Of a DNA stretch of 64,000 nt, positions 46,582 to 54,626 are shown one piece after another. Below the pieces are notes generated by a model. That model was not told where the DNA came from, made no database searches, and was given only the letters and a program-made list of their open reading frames with translations. Within the stretch, counting starts at the first letter, position 1; each line of letters opens with the position of its first letter. This DNA comes from an uncultured Lachnospiraceae bacterium (GTDB taxonomy: Bacteria; Bacillota; Clostridia; Lachnospirales; Lachnospiraceae): the NCBI GenBank assembly GCA_902475025.1, contig CABRXX010000001.1, positions 32,454 through 96,453 of the forward strand, read 5' to 3'. The translations under genes were made by a program, and so were the position numbers.

Positions 46582-46842
46582 CTAGATTTCATTGATTACA
46601 GCCTCTCCGATGATTGCCCCCTTTGGGTCAATGATCAGAAACAGACAGCGATCCTGAGCTTCCAGGGAGTTCAGGAAGAAGGAAACCACCTCTTCTTTCG
46701 TAAAAATTTCTTTGCATCCCGTCAGATATGCTATTTCCGGATCCAGCGGATGATAATTCTGTTCAAAATAGGAATCTGCATCTGCCGCTTCGGCCGGCCG
46801 GAGGAGAAAACCATTCTTTTTCCAATAGTTTTCAATGTCCAT
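46582..46842 (-). pseudogene. GNAT acetyltransferase N-terminal fragment (3'-truncated)
   Basis: 86 aa with a good RBS (GGAGG, 10 nt, ATG). FLLRPAEAADADSYF...CLFLIIDPKGAIIGEAVINEI then a stop. The acetyl-CoA-binding half of the fold is absent in all frames downstream. Confidence 0.6.
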
Positions 46843-46886
46843 GGTAGTGCTACCTCCTTTTTGCTTTGCATGGAAGGGCATTCGCT

Positions 46887-48566
46887 TCATTGGCCGGACT
46901 GGGGCAGTTCCAGCGCCACCACCTGGTATCCCTTCAGGGTAAGCTGCCGGTCCTCTATTTTGGCTTCCGGATAATTGTTCAGCGCCACATGGATGCAAGG
47001 CGCAGGCAGGCTGACATTCTGCGCATCTTTCTGGAAATTCGCCAGGATCAGCAAGGTTCGCTGGCCTTTCCGGTAATATGCCATGAGATTGTGCTGCTCT
47101 TCCAGAAAAGGAAGAAAGCTGCCGTATATCAGCGTTTCTGCGTACTCCGGGGATTTACGCAGGGCAATCAGTTTCCGGTAGAAATGGAACAGGGAATCCG
47201 GATCCTCCACCTGGCTGGCTGCATTAATCTGAAGATAATTGGGATTGACCTTCAGCCAGGGAGTGCCAGTGGTAAAACCGGCATTTGGGGAGGTGTCCCA
47301 TTGCATGGGTGTTCTGGCGTTGTCCCGGCTGCTGCGGGAGATCACTGCAAGCGCTTCCTCCTCAGACAGGCCTGCATGGAGAGCCACCTGATACTGATTC
47401 AGAGTGGAGATGTCGTCCACCTCCTCTATGGACTGAAAGGGATAATTTTCCATCCCAAGCTCCTGACCCTGATAGATGAAAGGGATTCCCCGCATCATAA
47501 AGTACAGGGCAGCCAACATTTTTTTAGCGGCCGGACACAGATCTTCCCTGGGAATATAGCGGCTGACGCCCCGGGGCTCATCGTGGTTTTCAATGATGTT
47601 GGAGAGAAAGCCTGTCATGCCCACCCGACTCTGGGACTGGAAGCAGCAGCGCTTGTAGTCTTCCGGGGTGATGGGAGTATCGTCATACCAGCCCTTTGGG
47701 CTGGCGCCGAAAATGTGGGCGGAGAAATCAAACATGCTGGAAAAGTACCCATTTTCCCCGATAAAGTCCGGCAGTTCTTCTGGCTTTTCATTAAATACTT
47801 CTCCAACAGAAAAGGCATCGTACTTTTGAAAGGTTCGCCTCTGCATTTCCCCTAAAAATTCTCCCACCCCGGAGGCTTCCTCCAGCATGCGGTCAATGCT
47901 GCTTAAGCCGTCCTCCCGGTCTGGAGCATAATCATGCATCGGTAGGGCTTTTTTGATATTTATGATGGCATCAATGCGAAAACCGCTCAGGCCCTTATCC
48001 AGCCACCAGTTCATATTTTTGTAGATCTCTTCCCGGACTTTCGGATTTTCCCAGTTCAGATCTGGTTGCTTTTTGTGGAACAGATGGAGGTATTGTTTGC
48101 TGGTACCTGGAAGGTCGTCCCACACCGGGCCGCCGAAGTAAGAGCGCCAGTTCGTGGGGAGTTTTCCCTCCTCTTTTTCTCGAAGATAAAAATAATTCCC
48201 ATACATTCCATCCGGATCCTCACAGGCTTTCTGAAACCACGCATGTTCATCGGAACAGTGGTTTACCACCAGATCCATTAGAACATACATATTTCTCTTT
48301 CTGGCCTCTGAAATAAGGTGTTCCATGTCTTTCATGGTGCCGAACCGGGGATCGATTCCATAGTAATCGGAAATATCGTATCCCTGGTCTGCCAGAGGAG
48401 AGGGGTAGCAGGGAGAGAGCCAGAGAATGTCCACCCCCAGCAGCTTCAAATAATCCAGTTTTTGGATAATACCCGGCAGATCGCCGATGCCGTCTCCATT
48501 GGTGTCCAGAAAACTTTTGGGGTAGATTTGATAGGCCACTTTATTGTGCCACCATTTTTTTATCAT
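46887..48566 (-). CDS. GH13 alpha-glucosidase / oligo-1,6-glucosidase family
   Basis: 559 aa. WWHNKVAYQIYPKSFLDTNGDGIGDL, DLVVNHCSDEH, GFRIDAINI, ..GEV.., ..ENHDEPR. Confidence 0.9.
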   Translation of the reverse strand: MIKKWWHNKVAYQIYPKSFLDTNGDGIGDLPGIIQKLDYLKLLGVDILWLSPCYPSPLADQGYDISDYYGIDPRFGTMKDMEHLISEARKRNMYVLMDLVVNHCSDEHAWFQKACEDPDGMYGNYFYLREKEEGKLPTNWRSYFGGPVWDDLPGTSKQYLHLFHKKQPDLNWENPKVREEIYKNMNWWLDKGLSGFRIDAIINIKKALPMHDYAPDREDGLSSIDRMLEEASGVGEFLGEMQRRTFQKYDAFSVGEVFNEKPEELPDFIGENGYFSSMFDFSAHIFGASPKGWYDDTPITPEDYKRCCFQSQSRVGMTGFLSNIIENHDEPRGVSRYIPREDLCPAAKKMLAALYFMMRGIPFIYQGQELGMENYPFQSIEEVDDISTLNQYQVALHAGLSEEEALAVISRSSRDNARTPMQWDTSPNAGFTTGTPWLKVNPNYLQINAASQVEDPDSLFHFYRKLIALRKSPEYAETLIYGSFLPFLEEQHNLMAYYRKGQRTLLILANFQKDAQNVSLPAPCIHVALNNYPEAKIEDRQLTLKGYQVVALELPQSGQ

Positions 48567-48781
48567 AGGTAAAACCTCCTTAGGATTTTTAAGCAGGTGA
48601 TCATACGTTTGGAATTTATCATATCATAAAAAAGATTTTACTGTCAAAAAAATCCCGCTTCCTGGAATATTCTTTTGACATCTGGCAATCCTATGGATAG
48701 ACGAACGGATGGCAAAACAGGGCGGAAAGGGAAATGCCCCGGCCCGGAGCCGTCAGGCGTAAATATGGACAGAGGTGAAAG

Positions 48782-49618
48782 ATGATGGAAAACAAAGAAT
48801 CAAAATTCAAGTGGAACGGAAAAAATAACAATCTGATTTTTGGCCTGTGCCTGGTAGCAGTGACGGCGTTTTCAATCCTGTTTGCAGCAGGCCAGGTAAA
48901 AAACGCCCAGAAACAGAGGGCCGGGGAGCAGCAGGAGCTGGAACAGACGGCAAAAGCCGGGGATCCGGCGGCTCCACAGGTGGATCAGGCGCTGCAGGAG
49001 GCGTTGGATCAGTCTAATGAGCAGGAAGGAGAGCCTGAGATTCCTTTGGCAGAGGCCAGCTCCAATGATATTGACGCACAGATCCAGGAACAGGCCAATC
49101 TTCCGGGGGAAGGGCAGATGGATTCGCAGATCCAGGAAGCGGTTGAGGCGGAAGAAGAGCCTGCTGTGGCTGCCCAGACCTCAGAGATTTTGCCCACAGT
49201 GACGTTTGGAGAGGCAGATACCCTAAACTGGCCGGTGGCAGGAAGTGTAGTATTGGATTATTCTATGGACAGCAGTATTTATTTTCCTACTTTAAAACAG
49301 TATAAGTACAATCCGGCTCTGGTGATCGGCAGCGATGTAGGCGCTCAGGTGGTGGCTGCTGCCAGAGGCGTGGTGGAGAGCATTGGCATTGATGAGGAGA
49401 CAGGCACGACCCTGGTGATGAGTCTGGGAGATGGCTATAAGCTTACCTACGGACAGCTGAAGGAGCTGACTGTTTCGGAGGGACAGGTTGTGGAGCAGGG
49501 ACAGATTCTGGGATATGTGAGTGAACCCACGAAGTATTACTGTATGGAAGGAAGCAATTTGTACTTTGCCATGACAAAGGATGATCTGCCGGTTGATCCG
49601 GTGATTTATCTGGAATAG
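48782..49618 (+). CDS. membrane-anchored protein with degenerate LytM/M23 domain
   Basis: N-terminal TM LIFGLCLVAVTAFSILFAAG, an acidic linker, and a C-terminal M23 fold in which the Zn ligands appear replaced (..NPALVIGSD.., ..GSNLYFAM.. instead of HxxxD / HLHFE). Confidence 0.7.
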   Translation: MMENKESKFKWNGKNNNLIFGLCLVAVTAFSILFAAGQVKNAQKQRAGEQQELEQTAKAGDPAAPQVDQALQEALDQSNEQEGEPEIPLAEASSNDIDAQIQEQANLPGEGQMDSQIQEAVEAEEEPAVAAQTSEILPTVTFGEADTLNWPVAGSVVLDYSMDSSIYFPTLKQYKYNPALVIGSDVGAQVVAAARGVVESIGIDEETGTTLVMSLGDGYKLTYGQLKELTVSEGQVVEQGQILGYVSEPTKYYCMEGSNLYFAMTKDDLPVDPVIYLE

Positions 49619-49931
49619 GGAATCCACAGAGGCGGACAGGAAATCTCATGGCTAGGGGATGTTGCCCTACGTATGCGAATACTATGCACAAAATGGAGAA
49701 TTTGGCTTATAATACAGTATGACGAAGGTTCGCAATCGAATATCTGATACAGTTTTACAGAAGCATTGCATTGGGGCGGGCAGCAGCGGCTGTCCTGGAA
49801 TAAGATACCTGCTTCGTCGATTGCTTTTTATAAACAAGGAGGGCGGCGGCGGGAACCAAAAGCGGGCGGAGTTTTCCGCAGCAGGTTCCGGCTTCCCCCT
49901 CTCTACATAGAGCCTGGACGATCAGCAGAAT

Positions 49932-50111
49932 GAAAGCGGAAGAGGGGGCCTGCCTGAAAACGGAGCGGGAAGCGAAAGAGGGGACTTGCCTGAAAACAGA
50001 GTGAGAAGCAGAGGAGGATGCCTGCCTGAAAGCGAAGTGAGGAGTGCAAGAAGGAGCCAGTCTATAGAATAAGGGATGGAAAAAAGAGGCTTACCTGGAA
50101 GCAGAACAAGA
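49932..50111 (+). repeat. degenerate purine-rich 36-bp tandem repeat (~5 units)
   Basis: The (t/c)tgcctgaaa core recurs at 49951, 49987 and 50023 (period 36). Two more degenerate units follow. No long ORF. Confidence 0.7.
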
Positions 50112-50173
50112 GACAGAGAGATATTCCGGATAGTATACAGAGACGGAACATTTTAGAAAAGGGAGACAAGCGC

Positions 50174-50431
50174 ATGAAACATTTTGTGTACATAGTAGAG
50201 TGCAGGGATGGCAGCTATTATACTGGCTGGACGAACCATTTAGAGCGGAGGCTGGAGGCTCACAATCAGGGAAAAGGAGCCAAGTACACCAGAGGGCGGG
50301 GACCGGTAAAGCTGGTGTATCAGGAGGAGTTTTCCACAAAGGAAGAAGCCCTGCGAAGAGAATACGCCATCAAGCAAATGAGCCGTTCCGGAAAGGAGCG
50401 GCTCATAAAAGAGTTTGCGGGAAAAGAATGA
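50174..50431 (+). CDS. GIY-YIG nuclease family protein (UPF0213/YhbQ-like)
   Basis: 85 aa. FVYIVECRDGSYYTGWTNHLERRLEAHNQGKGAKYTR. Confidence 0.85.
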   Translation: MKHFVYIVECRDGSYYTGWTNHLERRLEAHNQGKGAKYTRGRGPVKLVYQEEFSTKEEALRREYAIKQMSRSGKERLIKEFAGKE

Positions 50432-50524
50432 TACGCAAAAGCAGGACGCTGGAGCAGAACCGGGATAAAAAATGGTGCGAAAAACCGGATAAACCAGGAA
50501 ACGGCGTATCAGATAATTAATTGT

Positions 50525-51229
50525 TTACAGAGGCATGGAAGCCACAAAGAAATACATGAGGATCAGGTGGCAGGCGCTGCCTCCCATGACAAACAGGTGG
50601 AAGATCTCATGGGAACCAAAGGATTTATGCTTGGAATTAAAAAGAGGAAGTTTCAGGGCATAAATGATCCCGCCTACGGTGTAGATGATTCCGCCTGCCA
50701 GAAGCCATCCAAAAGCTGCTGGGGAAAGGGTATTGATGATCTGGGTGAAGGCCAGCACACAGGTCCAGCCCATGGCAATATAAAGCAGAGAAGAAAACCA
50801 TTTGGGACAGTTGATCCAGAACGCCTTGATCAGGATACCCAGGATAGCAATGCCCCAAACCAGACTGCACAGCAGATACCCGGTGCGTCCCCGCAGTACG
50901 ATGAGGCATACGGGAGTGTAGGTTCCGGCAATCAGAACAAAGATCATCATGTGGTCGATCTTTCTTAGAATCCGGTTCCATTTTTCAGAAATATTCAGGG
51001 AATGATAAGTGGTGCTGGCAGCATATAAAAGGATCATGCTGACAATAAAGATCCCAAGGGAGAACGTGTGGACAAGATCCGGATTGGAAGCTGCCCGTAT
51101 CATCAGAGGAACCGCAGCAAAAACGGCCATCAGCATACCGATAAAATGTGTGATAGCGCTTCCCGGATCCTTTAAGTGCATGGCGTCTTTTTTGATCTGC
51201 ATAGCTTCTTTTTTTATCTTCTCCTTCAT
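50525..51229 (-). CDS. hemolysin III / PAQR family membrane protein
   Basis: 234 aa, 7 TM. ..HFIG.., ..DH..IF..IAGTYTP.., ..SHEIFHLFV. Confidence 0.85.
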   Translation of the reverse strand: MKEKIKKEAMQIKKDAMHLKDPGSAITHFIGMLMAVFAAVPLMIRAASNPDLVHTFSLGIFIVSMILLYAASTTYHSLNISEKWNRILRKIDHMMIFVLIAGTYTPVCLIVLRGRTGYLLCSLVWGIAILGILIKAFWINCPKWFSSLLYIAMGWTCVLAFTQIINTLSPAAFGWLLAGGIIYTVGGIIYALKLPLFNSKHKSFGSHEIFHLFVMGGSACHLILMYFFVASMPL

Positions 51230-51510
51230 GTCTAAGACCTCCTTGTGCCTGGATTTGATAATAAAGCAGCCAATGTCTGCAATATATAACTACGGTACTA
51301 TTATAAGTAGTTTTTAATACTACATACTGATATATTACTACTATGAGATAGAAAATGCAATACCAGAAAGCGGAAAAACAGAAAATTAATTTTTATGTAA
51401 CAGATAACGGCCTATCTGACCTTGTCTAAAAAGAAAAAACTGGTTATTTTAATAGGTACAGATTGATGCTATTCTAAAACGCAGAAAATGAAAGAAAGAA
51501 GGATGCGTTT

Positions 51511-52110
51511 ATGAACAGGGAACAAAATAGGATCAAAAAACTGGCGCAGACAGCTCTTTTGGCTGCATTATGCTTTGTTTCATTTACCTTTTTGCAGATC
51601 AAGATTCCCATGCCTGGAGGAGATGCCACCTCCATCCATATTGGAAATGCGTTCTGCGTGCTGGCAGCTCTGCTGCTGGGAGGTTTATACGGAGGACTGG
51701 CGGGAGCCATCGGTATGAGTATTGCGGATCTGATGGATCCGGTATACGTTACGGTGGCGCCGAAAACCTTTGTGCTGAAGCTTTGCATTGGACTGATCAC
51801 CGGCCTGGTAGCTCACAGGATCGCTCATATCAATGAAAGCACAGATAAGAAATACGTACTGAAATGGAGTATTATCGCAGCGGTGTGCGGTCTTGGATTC
51901 AATGTGGTTTTTGATCCCCTGGTGGGGTATTTTTATAAAATGTGGGTGCTGGGACAGCCTCAGGAGCTGGCTTCTGTCCTGGCAAAGTGGAGTACAGCCA
52001 CCACCTTTGTGAATGCGGTGGTATCTGTGATCCTGGTAGGCCTGATCTACAATGTGCTGCGCCCGGCCCTTCGTAAGGCAGGGCTGATGGGAACGGCCGG
52101 GGCAGCCTGA
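51511..52110 (+). CDS. ECF transporter S component (substrate unknown)
   Basis: 199 aa, 5-6 TM. N-terminal KKLAQTALLAALCFVSFTFLQIKIP is typical of S components. No riboswitch recognised upstream. Confidence 0.6.
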   Translation: MNREQNRIKKLAQTALLAALCFVSFTFLQIKIPMPGGDATSIHIGNAFCVLAALLLGGLYGGLAGAIGMSIADLMDPVYVTVAPKTFVLKLCIGLITGLVAHRIAHINESTDKKYVLKWSIIAAVCGLGFNVVFDPLVGYFYKMWVLGQPQELASVLAKWSTATTFVNAVVSVILVGLIYNVLRPALRKAGLMGTAGAA

Positions 52111-52146
52111 AAAAAAGAGGGAATGGCAAACGCCATTCCCTCTTGA
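52110..52146. terminator. bidirectional terminator between the ECF-S gene and rubrerythrin
   Basis: aaaaaa agagggaatggc aaac gccattccctct t. An A-run on one side and a T on the other serve the convergent genes. Confidence 0.65.
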
Positions 52147-52180
52147 TCATTAGGGGATTCCCCTGTTTTTATTCGATGGT

Positions 52181-52726
52181 TTATTTGAAGTATCTGTTCA
52201 GCAGACCCTGGAATGCTTTTCCGTGTCTTGCCTCATCCTTTGCCATCTCATGAACTGTGTCATGGATTGCATCCAGGTTAGCAGCCTTAGCCATCTTAGC
52301 CAGCTCCAGCTTACCAGCAGTAGCGCCGTTCTCAGCCTCAACTCTCATCTCCAGGTTCTTCTTGGTGCTGGGGGTAACTACCTCGCCCAGCATCTCAGCG
52401 AATTTTGCTGCATGCTCAGCTTCTTCGTAGGCAGCCTTCTCCCAGTACAGGCCGATCTCCGGATATCCTTCTCTGTGAGCAACTCTGGACATAGCCAGGT
52501 ACATACCAACCTCAGAGCACTCACCCTCGAAGTTTGCTCTCAGACCAGCGATGATCTCTTCGCTTACGCCCTCAGTGATACCAACCTCATGCTCGCAAGC
52601 CCAGGTCATAACACCCTCTTTTACCTCTTCAAATTTGTCAGCTCCTGCCTTACAGATGGGGCATACTTCGGGAGCTGCTTCGCCTTCATAAACATAACCA
52701 CAAACTTTACATACAAATTTTGCCAT
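52181..52726 (-). CDS. rbr: reverse rubrerythrin (N-terminal rubredoxin, C-terminal di-iron ferritin-like domain)
   Basis: 181 aa. [15 protein letters not shown] at the N-terminus, then E..E..H di-iron motifs ([10 protein letters not shown]..., EEAEHAAKF...). Confidence 0.85.
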   Translation of the reverse strand: MAKFVCKVCGYVYEGEAAPEVCPICKAGADKFEEVKEGVMTWACEHEVGITEGVSEEIIAGLRANFEGECSEVGMYLAMSRVAHREGYPEIGLYWEKAAYEEAEHAAKFAEMLGEVVTPSTKKNLEMRVEAENGATAGKLELAKMAKAANLDAIHDTVHEMAKDEARHGKAFQGLLNRYFK

Positions 52727-52759
52727 AATTTTGTTCTCCTTTTTATTATAAATTTTATT

Positions 52760-53206
52760 TTAGTACCTGTTACTATCTTCCAAATTAGCACTTTTTAAGG
52801 GGTCTGTCAAGGCAGAACCTTGCCCCTGTAGGCATTGTTGGCAGAGTCCGTAAAAATTTGCAACGTATCCCTCAATTTCCCCGTCAAACCCATGAGCAGC
52901 GGTTTCCATGATCGCGTCCATGGAGGCTGTTTTCAGGTCAGAGACATGATGACAATGTCTGCAGATGAAGTGACAGTGCCGGGAGACATCTCCGTCAAAA
53001 TGATCCGGGCCATCGCCGGTGGAAATCTTCTGGATCTCCCCCAGTTCTGTTAAAAGCGCCAGGTTTCGGTAGACGGTTCCTAAGCTGATCCGGGGCTGTT
53101 CCTTTCGCAAAGAGGTGTAGATCATCTCAGCGGTAGGGTGATCCTTGCGCCCAGCTAGGAAATTTTTGATGGACTCTCTTTGCCTGCTGTATTTTAGAGT
53201 AGCCAT
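52760..53206 (-). CDS. perR: Fur-family peroxide-responsive regulator
   Basis: 148 aa. ..HPTAEMIY...ISLGTVYRNL...HFD...HCHFICRHC..., 33 nt upstream of rubrerythrin. Confidence 0.75.
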   Translation of the reverse strand: MATLKYSRQRESIKNFLAGRKDHPTAEMIYTSLRKEQPRISLGTVYRNLALLTELGEIQKISTGDGPDHFDGDVSRHCHFICRHCHHVSDLKTASMDAIMETAAHGFDGEIEGYVANFYGLCQQCLQGQGSALTDPLKSANLEDSNRY

Positions 53207-53237
53207 ATAAGAGTCTCCTTAATAATAGTAATTAATA

Positions 53238-53255
53238 CTGTTATTATAATAACAG
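53238..53255. promoter_or_regulatory. 18-bp perfect palindrome CTGTTATTATAATAACAG, Per/Fur-box-like operator
   Basis: Lies 32-49 nt upstream of the perR start. The core TTATTATAATAA resembles the 7-1-7 Fur-family box. Confidence 0.5.
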
Positions 53256-53271
53256 AAGAAAGAAAACTTGT

Positions 53272-53317
53272 CAACATATAAAATAAATTTATTTGAAAAA
53301 ATTTATTTTATATGTTG
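53272..53317. repeat. 19-bp-arm perfect AT-rich inverted repeat
   Basis: caacatataaaataaattt atttgaaa aaatttattttatatgttg, in the divergent perR / trxB control region. Confidence 0.7.
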
Positions 53318-53538
53318 GTAATGAGCCAACCGGCCGCGCCTGGATGGATCTTTGGCAAATGGCGCAGGGGCCAATCCGCTGCAGTTTGCTGCCGCTCAAT
53401 TTTTAGAGCAATTTAATAACATAAACTTCCTCAATTCGATTATAATAAAGAAGACAGTAGAAGATCCTTGCAGCAGACGGAAAGCCCGAAAGGGCGGAGC
53501 GCTGATGAGGATTGGTCAGAAAAAAGGAGGATTTCAGT

Positions 53539-54459
53539 ATGTATGATGTGATCATTGTTGGTTCCGGCCCTGCCGGTCTGGCGGCGGCTATCTATGGAGA
53601 GAGAGCCAGGCTGTCAGTGCTGGTGCTGGAGAGGGAATATATCAGCGGCGGCCAGGTGGTGAATACGTATGATGTGGATAATTATCCTGGGCTTCCCGGT
53701 ATCGGAGGTTATGAGTTGGGAATGAAATTCCGGGAACATGTGGACAAGTTTGGAACAGAATTTGTGACTGCAGAAGTGAAAAACATTATAATAGAAGATA
53801 CTGTGAAAAGGGTGGAGACAGATTCTGAAGTTTATGAAGGGCGGACCGTGATCCTTGCTATGGGAGCGGCGCACCGTAAACTGGGAGTTCTGGGAGAGGA
53901 AGAACTGGCTGGCATGGGGGTTTCCTATTGCGCTACCTGCGATGGAGCCTTCTTTAAGAACCGCGTTGCTGCTGTTGTGGGAGGCGGAGATGTTGCGGTG
54001 GAGGATGCGCTGTTTTTGGCCCGGATTTGCGAGAAGGTTTATTTGATTCACCGCAGAGATCAGCTGCGGGCGGCCAAGATCCTCCAGGAGAAGCTGTTTG
54101 CCTGCTCTAATGTGGAACTGATCTGGAACGCAGAGGTGACGGAGATCTGTGGGGAGGATCAGGTAGAGTGCATTAAAATAAGAGAAAAAGGGCAGGAAAG
54201 TGTAAAAGTCCTTCCGGTAGACGGAGTATTTATCGCAGTTGGAACTGTACCAAATACGAAAGAAATTTGTAATAACTGTAATAAATTGGAAATGGATAAG
54301 GCTGGATATATTCTTGCAAGGGAAGATTGCGTCACGAATATTCCGGGAATTTACGCTGCTGGAGATGTAAGAACTAAGAAATTAAGGCAAATTATTACAG
54401 CAGCAGCGGATGGGGCCAATGCTGTGACCAGTGTGCAGGAGTACCTGAATTCCTTGTAA
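53539..54459 (+). CDS. trxB: thioredoxin-disulfide reductase
   Basis: MYDVIIVGSGPAGLAAAIY, redox-active CATCDG, GGGDVAVEDA NADPH site. AGGAGG lies 8 nt upstream. Confidence 0.9.
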   Translation: MYDVIIVGSGPAGLAAAIYGERARLSVLVLEREYISGGQVVNTYDVDNYPGLPGIGGYELGMKFREHVDKFGTEFVTAEVKNIIIEDTVKRVETDSEVYEGRTVILAMGAAHRKLGVLGEEELAGMGVSYCATCDGAFFKNRVAAVVGGGDVAVEDALFLARICEKVYLIHRRDQLRAAKILQEKLFACSNVELIWNAEVTEICGEDQVECIKIREKGQESVKVLPVDGVFIAVGTVPNTKEICNNCNKLEMDKAGYILAREDCVTNIPGIYAAGDVRTKKLRQIITAAADGANAVTSVQEYLNSL

Positions 54460-54534
54460 ATAAAGGGAAAAATGAATACAACCTCCAAGAAAAACATAAG
54501 AAAAATATTATTAAGAAAAAATTAATTAAAAGAC

Positions 54535-54563
54535 TTGACATAATTATTGCGATTTGTTATGAT
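54535..54563 (+). promoter_or_regulatory. sigma-A-type promoter of the NlpC/P60 gene
   Basis: TTGACA, 17 nt spacer, TATGAT. Confidence 0.5.
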
Positions 54564-54569
54564 AGACCC

Positions 54570-54598
54570 GTAATAAATGTAATAAATTCGTAATAAAT
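54570..54598 (+). promoter_or_regulatory. three direct GTAATAAAT repeats in the leader (WalR-box-like TGTAAT-N5-CGTAAT)
   Basis: GTAATAAAT at 54570, 54579 and 54590, between the -10 and the RBS. Confidence 0.35.
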
Positions 54599-54626
54599 GG
54601 TTAGAAATTTGGAGGTTGAGATAATA

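Noticed and set aside
48567-48781. Possible c-di-AMP (ydaO-type) riboswitch upstream of the LytM-domain gene.
   Set aside because: Only a short CCGTCAGGCGTAAA resemblance is present. I could not reconstruct the pseudo-two-fold ydaO architecture or its conserved ACGGGGA/CCCG elements.
49932-50111. Possible CRISPR array.
   Set aside because: The units are directly adjacent 36-bp degenerate repeats with no unique spacers, no palindromic repeat core and no cas genes in the window.
51230-51510. Riboswitch expected upstream of the ECF S-component gene (to reveal its substrate).
   Set aside because: I could recognise no THF, TPP, preQ1, FMN, cobalamin or other known aptamer core in the 280-nt AT-rich leader.
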